In this document: positions 55,623-64,000 of the stretch, piece after piece
Position numbering within the stretch: position 1 is the stretch's first letter
Layout of the letters: every line of letters starts with the position of its first letter
The notes under the pieces: generated by a model
What the model was told of the DNA's origin: nothing
Database searches by the model: none
The model's input: the letters and a program-made list of their open reading frames with translations, nothing else
Program-made: the position numbers and the translations under genes
From: Vicugna vicugna
Taxonomy: Eukaryota
DNA: 64,000 nt
NCBI GenBank assembly: GCA_013265495.1
Contig: MU058252.1
Span: forward strand, 62,001-126,000
Reading direction: 5' to 3'

Positions 55623-56840
55623 AATAATAATATCTCAATACTGGCTCATAAACTGCAACAAATGTACCACATTAATGTAACATATGATTTGAGGGGAGCA
55701 CAAGCATTTGGACCATAGCAAGAATTAAATGCTTATATCAGAAAAGAAGAAACCTCTCAAAAAGTCAATTTAACCATCCACCTTAAGAAACTAGAGAAAA
55801 AACAACAAAGAAACTCAAAGCAAGCAAGAAGATTGAAAAAATGATAAAGATGAGAGTAGAAATCATGAAATTAAAAACAGGAAAAAAAAACCTAAAAACT
55901 AATTCTTTGAAAAGATCAATAAAATGAATAAAGCTCTAAAGAATATTTTCCAACAGAAAAAAGTACATAACACAAGCCCCAATAAGAGGGGACATTGCTA
56001 TGATCCCACAAAAATTAAACAGCCATTAAGGAAGTACTGTGACTAACTCTATGCCCATAGATTTGACATTTTAGGTGAAATTGTCTTTCAATTCCTTAAA
56101 AGACACAAACTATCAAAATTCACTTGAGAAGAAATAGGTGGCCTAAATAATCCTATATCTTTCAAGGAAATTTCTCACTGTCAGAAAAAGAAATTACAAA
56201 TAAGCAGAGAGTACACCAGAAATTAATGCAACATTGTAAACCAACTATATTTCTCTTTTTAAAATTAATATAAAAAACAAATAAGCAGAGGGAGAATGCT
56301 AGAATATATCTTGGTACTGGACTGGAGGCACAAATATTAGTATGCGTTCATGGTGTTATTTTTTAACATATAGAAAACCAAATACATATGTGTGTGTATC
56401 TGTGAGTTAGTAATACATGTATGGATTTCCTAGATGTCCTCTGAGAGAGGCTACAGGCAGAAACACCCCAAGAGCAATGAGAACAGCCAGCACAAGATCT
56501 TGGTTTCTAAGTGCCATTCTTCAAAAAAAGGAACCAAGACTCCTTTGAGAAGTGGCTGATTCCAGGACTGGAAAAGGGAAAATGAAAGATGAGCTTGGAG
56601 AAACTTATAGCGTCAAAAAGTAAGGAAATACAAAAAGGAGGGGCTGAGAGAGGGAACATATCAAAAGGACATAAGAGGTGACCTTAAAGAGCTCCCAATG
56701 CCCAATACTTTCATTTTTATAAAAATATCCCAGCTAATAAACACAGAAGGGATGATAAAATTAAAGTCTTGTCATTTTGAAATCCTTAATAAATTAATAG
56801 ATCTTGGTGATGCTCATCAATGATTACTAGATATCACTAA
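55623..56840 (+). mobile_element. Right half of L1MC/MD host (55623-~55700), then other old L1 fragments
   Basis: tcaatactggctcataaactgcaacaaatgtaccacattaatg continues the host broken at 28309. Further on, gcaatgagaacagccagcac..gatcttggtttctaa is L1MC-type. Confidence 0.7.
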
Positions 56841-58795
56841 AACTATAGGACACTGATCAAAGAAATTGAAGATGACACAAACTGAAGAAAAGACATACTG
56901 TGTTCATGGATTGGAAGAATTAACATTGTTAAAATGACCATAGTACACAAGGAAGTCTATAGATTCAGTGCAACCCTCTCAAAATACCAATGATGTTTTT
57001 CACAGAACTAGGACAACTAATTCTAAAATTTGTGACACAAAATACCCTGAATAGCCAAAATAATGTTGAGAAAGAACAAAACTGGAGGTATCACGCCCTG
57101 GCTTCCAACTATACTACAAAGCTATAGTCATCAAAACAGTGTGGTACTGGCACAATAACAGACACACTGATCAAATGAACAGAATAGAGAGCCCAGAAAT
57201 GAACCTACACTCATATGGGCAATTAATCTACAACAAAGGAGGCAAGAATATCCAAAGGAGAAAAGACAGCCTCTTGAATAAATGGTGTTGGACAGCTACA
57301 TTCAAAAGAATCAAATTAGACTACTTTCTCACACCACATACAAAAATAAACTCAAAATGGATTAAAGACTTAAATGTAAAGCCTGAAACCATAAAACTTC
57401 TAGAAGAAAACATAGGCAGTTGACATCTGTTTAGTAATATTTTTTGTACATGTATCCTTAGGCAAGGGAAACAAAAGCAAAAGTAAACAAATGGGATTAC
57501 ATCAAACTAAAAAGCTTTCACAATAAAGGAAACTATCGCTAATCACCAGGGAAATGCAAATCAAAACCGCAATGAGCTATCACTTCACAGCTGGCAGTAA
57601 GGCTATTATCAAAAAGACAACAAATAACAAGTGTTGGTGAGGATGTGGAGAAAACAGAACCCTTGTGACTGTTTGTGGGACTGCAAATTGGTGCAGCTTC
57701 TATGGAAAATAGTAGTAGGGAGATTCCTCAAAAAAATTAAAAATGGAACCATATGATCCAGCAATTTTACTCCTAGGTATTTATGCAAAGAAAATGAAAA
57801 CACTAATTAGAAAAAATATATGCACCCTTATGTTCATTGTAGCATTATTTACAATAGCCAAGATATAGAAGCAACCTAAGTGCCGATCAATAGATAAATG
57901 GATAAGGAAGATGTGGCATATATACATACAACAGGATATTACTCAGCCATAAAAAAAAGAATGAAATTTTGCCATTTGCAACAACATGGATGGACCTAGA
58001 GGGTATTATGCATAGTGAAATATGTCAGACAGAGAAAAACAAATATATGTGGTTTCACTTATATGTGAAATCTAAAAACAAAACAAAACGAATGAATAAA
58101 AATAACAAAACAGAAAGAGTTATAGATACAGAGGACAAACAGGTGATTGCCAGAGGGGAGTAGGGTGAGAGGAGGAAAGAAATGAGTGAGAGAGTTTAAG
58201 AGGTACAAACTGCCAGTTGCAAAATGAATGAGTTATGGATATGAAATGTACCATGTGAGGAATATACTCCATAACCACACAATATCTTTGTATGATAACA
58301 CATTGGAGCTAGACTTATCATGATGATCATTTTGAAATGTATCAAAATAGCTAATCACTATGTTGTGTAACAGGAACTAACAGTGTTGTAGGTCAATTAC
58401 ACTTCAAAGACAAATTCACAGAAAAAGAGATCAGATTTGTGGTTAACAGAGGCAGGGGGTGAAGGTTGGGGAGGAATTGGATGAAGGCAGTTAAAAGGTA
58501 CAAACTTCCAGTTGTAAGATAAATAAGTACTAGGGATGTAATGTGCAACATGATAAATATAATTAACACTGCTGTATGTTCTATATGAAAGTTAAGAGAG
58601 TAACTCCTAAGAGTTCTCATCACAAGAAAACATTTTTTTTATTTTGTTAATTTTATACCCATATGAGATGATGGATACTCACTAATCTTATTGTGATAAT
58701 CATTTCATGATGTATATAAGTCAAATCACTATGCTCTACACCTTACACTTATACAGTGCTGTATATAAATTATATCTCAATAAAACTGGAAGAAA
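56841..58795 (+). mobile_element. L1 3' portions (L1MA9-like, two stacked 3' ends)
   Basis: ORFs [18 protein letters not shown] and PFATTWMDLEGIM. Ends tatatctcaataaaactgga. Confidence 0.85.
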
Positions 58796-58799
58796 TTGA

Positions 58800-59860
58800 C
58801 AAAGGTTTATCAAAGTTTACAATATTTCAACTTTTTCCAAATATTTTAGGTACATTGGGTTAAACAAATACTTTTCAGCCTCTCAGTGAAAGAATAAGAG
58901 ATATAATATAGTCTTGGTAAAGCCTTTTTGGTATACTTCCCAGGTGTTGTGAAATTTAATGTCTCTAATGACTGGCTAATAACTTCCCTTTTGCAAGTCA
59001 AGCAGTTTACTCCGTTTTGTTTTCAACAAAAGGAAGGCAGATATACCCATTAATAGATAATTAAAAATTAATGATAAATTGCTATATGGTTTTTTTGTCA
59101 TTCATCTTGGAAGTGGTTCAGAGAATTGAGTGGCATTGCCATTAAAAAAGTGTTTTCATTCCTTATTATTTATTTTTGTGAACAAGGTTCCTCAGTGCCT
59201 GCACTGATTAAAACAAAAAAATAGGAGAATTAACCTGAACATTGTCTCATTCTAGCAGAGAATAACAATCATGCATGCATATATGAAGTAAATGGAAAAA
59301 AGTCTCATTCATCCTGAGAGATGCATTTCCAAAAGAAAAAAGTTTACCATTAAATTATTATTTTACAAATGTTGTAACATGTTTGTTGCTTTGGTCAATT
59401 GTGTGCTAATAATACTCTAATAATAACTAAATACAGAAGAGATGTTTTACACTGAAAGTTTTATGGTCACAGAAGATTTTTCAATTTTCATATATATTTT
59501 TGTGGCAGCAATATGTGCCAGGGTGATCAAGCATTTCCAGCATAAAAATCCATTATTAAAAAATACAATTCTATAGGGGATGTAAATGCACAGGCAGAAG
59601 AAAGAGCAACAGTATAAAATTTCTGACCATTAGCTTGTTCATGTTTATTTATTTATTTGTTTATATTCCTGTATTTTTTAAAAATAACCAAGGCTGGTGT
59701 TCAATTTCTATGTTATTTATGTCTTTTTTTAAGAAGTTGCAATTTTATTTTAAAATATTAATATCTACAATGTATTAGAAATTGTATTCTTTGCAAACAT
59801 TCATGATGACAAAAAATTTTAAGTTTGGTTTAAAATGCTCAAGAGAGCATTTAGATTTTT
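58800..59860. mobile_element. Old hAT-Charlie-type DNA transposon remnant
   Basis: tgtgaacaaggttcctcagtgc...aaaaatagg...tctcattctagca...gagatgcatttcca resembles recalled Charlie transposase C-terminus and end. Confidence 0.5.
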
Positions 59861-59869
59861 TTAAAAAAT

Positions 59870-62080
59870 TCTTTTAGTGAATATACAAGGTTGGAAACAA
59901 TTGGTAAACACTTACATGAACAAATACATGAGGATATTTTTTATAAGAAATCTCATAACAGTAAAAGATTGGAAACAACCTAAATATCCACCAACAATGG
60001 ACTGAATAAACAAACTGTAGAACACCATCTATAATGAAATAATACGCAGGAGTGAAAATGAACAAAATACAGTTACCTGCATGGACATGGATAAATCTCA
60101 CATGCACTATGCTGAATAAAAGAGGAAATTCCCAGGCGAATACAGACTCTGATTCCATTTTTGTCAAACTTCATAATGGACAAACTAAATATATATATAT
60201 TATTTAAAGCAACAGACGTAGGTGGTGAAACTATGAGGAAAAGCATGGGAATGAATGTCACAAAGGATAAGGCAGTGATAATACCTTGCTGAGAGGGAGA
60301 AGGTGATGTGATCACTGGAGTGGAGTGGAGAGCTTCCAAGAGCAGTGAAACAAGACCAAACTAATAGAAAAACATACTATGTTCTTGTACGGAAATACTA
60401 CCATAAAATAAATATTCTTCCAAAATTGGTATATGGTAATTTAATTCCAACTGAAATCTCAACTTTTTGTATTAAAAATAGATAAGGCTCCCATGGGATG
60501 AAAAATGCCTAGCATAATTAAATCAGTCTGGAGTGACATAAGAACAAATAATACAACAATGTACATAGTACGTAGTGAATCCCAGTTAACAATGGAATTT
60601 AATATATGACAAAAGCAGGGAAATAATGGTTTATTTAGTAAGTAGTGCCTACCTAAATGCTTTTCCAGCTAGAAGACAATAAAGCTGAGCTCCTACTTCA
60701 GACTATATAAAAATCCAAGAAGAATTAAACTCTTCTCTGTAAAAATCAAAACAACAAAAATCTTTTATACAATATAGGAAACTATATGTATACTCTGAGA
60801 GTTGGGTATGCTTTCAAGCAAGACATGAAGCCAGAAGTTACCAAAGAAAAGATATCTTTAAGTATTTTATTATAGCATCAAAGTTAAAGACAAAAGAAAA
60901 TCAGATTTGAAAAAAAGATGAAATTTTCAGATCTGTTATTAAAAAAAATTAAGGGAAATGTGCAATATATGTATGGATTGTTTAAAGATGAACAATAAAT
61001 AGCCAATACATACTTGAAAAGATACTCAACTTCCTAATTAGTCAAGGAGGTGAAAATTAAACTGATTTACAAACATTAACATGAGTTATAGTATCTACTC
61101 CTGGCAGAAATGGATAGTGAGGTTAGGGAGAAGGACAAAGGACACTTTAATGCACTGCTGGTAACTGTAAATAGTTACAGCCTTTTGGGAAAGCTCTCTG
61201 ATAATATTTATTGCATTTGTAAATATTTATATGTTTTAATGAGCAATCCCTTCCAAAAACTCCATCTCACGGCTATCGAAGTTCCAGTCAGTGCAGCCCA
61301 GAAGCACAGCTTTGTTCCCAGAGGCCAAAATACAGGAAATGTGGTAAAAGCTCATCAGTAGGAGTATCAGGGAAACACTGTGCAATCGTTAAAAGGATGA
61401 TTAGAATGCCTAAAATTAAATACACTGACCACACCAAGTGTTGGTGAGGATGCGGAGGAACTGGTTGGCATGTAAAATGATGCAATTGATTTGGAAAACA
61501 GTTGGTCCCTTCCGTAAAAAGTAAACATACATCCATGATGTTTCAGCCATTCCAATCTTAGGTATTTCCCAAGAGAAAGGAAAACCTATGTCCATAAAGA
61601 CCCGTACCTGATCACAGATTTATCTGTAGCAGCCAGAAATTGGGAACAACACAAATGGCCATCAACAGGTGAGCAGATAAACAAACTTGGGAATATCTAC
61701 ATGAAGGAATATTACTTCTAAATAAAAAGAAACGAACTGCTGATACACAACAACATGAATGGATCTCAAAATTACTACACTGAGTGAAAGAAGTCAAACA
61801 AATAGACAAAATGAATATACATTGTATGATTCCACTTTTACAAAACTCTAGAAAATGCAGATTAAACTATATTGACAAAAAGCAAATTAGTGGTTTCCTG
61901 GGGATGGAGGGAGAATGGGGCCAGGAGGGAGGATTGCCAAGGAGCACAAGGACACTGTTAGGAGGTAATGGATGTAGTCACTACCTTAATTGTGCTCTAT
62001 ATATGTCAAAACTTATCAAATTGTACACTGTAAATATGTGCAGTTCATTGTAATCAATTATACCCCAATAAAGATAAACC
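59870..62080 (+). mobile_element. Old L1ME/L1MB fragments
   Basis: Repeated L1 3'UTR motifs (ggaaacaacctaaat.tcca, acaacatgaatggatctcaaa, tgtatgattcca). Confidence 0.7.
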
Positions 62081-62644
62081 AATGCAAATCAAAGTACAAA
62101 CAAGCATACATAAGTTAGACAAGTCGTTTGGAATGGTGAGGTAAGGGTAGAGGGGGGCTGGTCAAAGGAATGACCAAGAATTTTAGAAAGAAATGAGGAA
62201 AAATACTGCGCTAAAAATAAAAACAAATATGAAATGTTCACCGTTGAAAACACAAAAAAATATTTTAAATTACGAAGTCTGGTGATTGGTTTTATATGGT
62301 TCTACCCTTTGGGCATGAAGGCTGCTGATTTTCAAACATATCGACTTTAAAGCAGTTACGTCTGGTCCCGGAATCCGGAACAGATGTCTTTGGATAACTT
62401 TCTAAACCTGAGATGCTTTTGCAAATTTTGGTTTGCGTCCTAAATTTTTGGTCCACTCTCAGCAGTTACAGTCAGCTTTGTCTGTTTCGTGTGATTAGCA
62501 CCATTCTCATCACTTTTACAATATTGTCTCTAGTTCTAAGTAAGCGATCCAATCAGTAAGGCCCTTTTTGTTGCAGGAAACAGAAGTTCCACTCACGCAG
62601 CTTAAGCAAAAAAGGAAATTTTTCTCGTTTCAGTCATAGCTAGA

Positions 62645-62995
62645 TTCTCTCTCTTCTCCCCTCCCCTGCTTCCACTACCCCTCTCCCCTCCCTCTGTCCT
62701 TTCTTTCTCTTTCCCCTCCTCCTCGTCTCCCCCATCCCTCTCCTCCCCTTCCCCATCCCTCTCCTCCCCTTCCCCTCCCCTCTCNNNNNNNNNNNNNNNN
62801 NNNNNNNNNNNNNNNNNNNNNNNNNNNNNNNNNNNNNNNNNNNNNNNNNNNNNNNNNNNNNNNNNNNNNNNNNNNNNNNNNNNNNNNNNNNNNNNNNNNN
62901 NNNNNNNNNNNNNNNNNNNCCCCATCCCTCTCCTCCCCTTCCCCTCCCCCCCCGCTCCTCCCCTCCTCTTCTCTTCCTGCTCCCTCCACCTCTCA
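62645..62995. repeat. Polypyrimidine 21-bp minisatellite spanning a 135-N assembly gap (62785-62919), within an MLT1-like LTR
   Basis: Unit ccccatccctctcctcccctt at 62730, 62751 (variant) and 62920. Confidence 0.8.
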
Positions 62996-64000
62996 TAACA
63001 GCTTTTAGTGTTAGTTTCTCTCCCACTGGCCCTCTCAGTGGGGGAGGGGCGTATGCAGAGCACCAGCTTACATTATTTTTACAGCTAGCAATCCAGGAAG
63101 AAAAAGAACTTCTTTTTCCAATTATTCCAACAAAAATCCCAGGACTGAGTCTTGTGGGACAGCCTTGGATCCCAAGCCCATCCCTAAACCCATGCCTCGG
63201 GGATGGAGGATGGGATACACGTGGTCCCCCTCCCCCAAGTCCCAGCATGAGAGAGGGTGAGGTTATGGAGTCACTCAGGTAAAGTGCAGGAGCTGAGAGC
63301 CGAGGAGGAGTGTTTCCAAAGGAAATCAGGGAGCCTGCTCCCAGAAAGCAGGAATGGATGCTAAGCTGCCAAAACAATCAAGTCGCCCAAAAAGATTCTT
63401 TAAAAATTTTTAAGTTCTTAAGGTCAGTATTTATTTCTATTTTAAAATGCTCAAGAGACTTTTAAAAGGCCCAACGATATTCCAGTTTAATATAAATTCA
63501 GACTGAGGTGATGTCTGTTTCTCCCTTGCTGACGCCTCAATTTGATCCTGGTTAATTACACACTTGGATAATTCTTCTAGTCGGGCAATGGTGATTTCCT
63601 CTGACTCCCGGCATCTTCCATAAAAGTCCATCAGTCCAGGAATGATAGAAAATGCAATACCAGAAACAAGCACGACGTGTTTGCAGATCCTACTTGAACA
63701 TCCTTCCTGTCTTATTTTCTGAAACCAGGTCCTCTGATTATCAATTTGGGAAGCTGAGATAATGACGAGTCTCATCTGGTATTAAACACAGCTCTCCTCT
63801 ACAGAAACCAGCAAACACCCCTTCAAGATAAAACACATTCTCCCAAGGAAGGCAATATGAGGGGACTATAGATGAAACTAGACCTGATCAAGGTAAACTT
63901 TCGTGGAAAGAAGAAAAGGTGTTCCTGAGGGGGGTGAGGGGGGGGGTGTGTTACTATTGGGTATAGCTTGAAAATGTCCTTTTAAATTTGTGTTTTTAGA

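Noticed and set aside
62602..63377. Long Gly/Glu/Arg-rich ORFs
   Set aside because: They are artefacts of a purine-rich minisatellite read through the N gap.

Overview
Mammalian genomic DNA, most likely a camelid (inferred from repeated Vic-1-type tRNA-derived SINEs), covering part of the GIMAP (GTPase of immunity-associated proteins) cluster. It holds three spliced genes that I rebuilt from two coding exons each: GIMAP1-like (+, 302 aa), GIMAP5 (+, 311 aa) and GIMAP4 (-, 316 aa). A frameshifted GIMAP3-like gene (-) lies tail-to-tail with GIMAP5. The rest is mostly L1, L2, LTR, SINE and DNA-transposon sequence, plus one 135-N gap. Main observations: (1) GIMAP5 and GIMAP3P share a ~757-bp, ~96% identical inverted repeat with a 284-bp perfect tract, which stops just before two different transmembrane tails, so an inversion would swap the anchors. 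(2) The GIMAP4 block appears to sit inside a single young L1 insertion site, because the old host element and candidate TSD broken at 28309 resume at 55623. (3) The GIMAP1-like protein has lost its transmembrane anchor in frame. (4) A composite L1 plus foreign 3'UTR-like insertion landed on the GIMAP5 poly(A) site. Gene names and repeat families come from recalled human/mouse proteins and consensus sequences, not from database searches.
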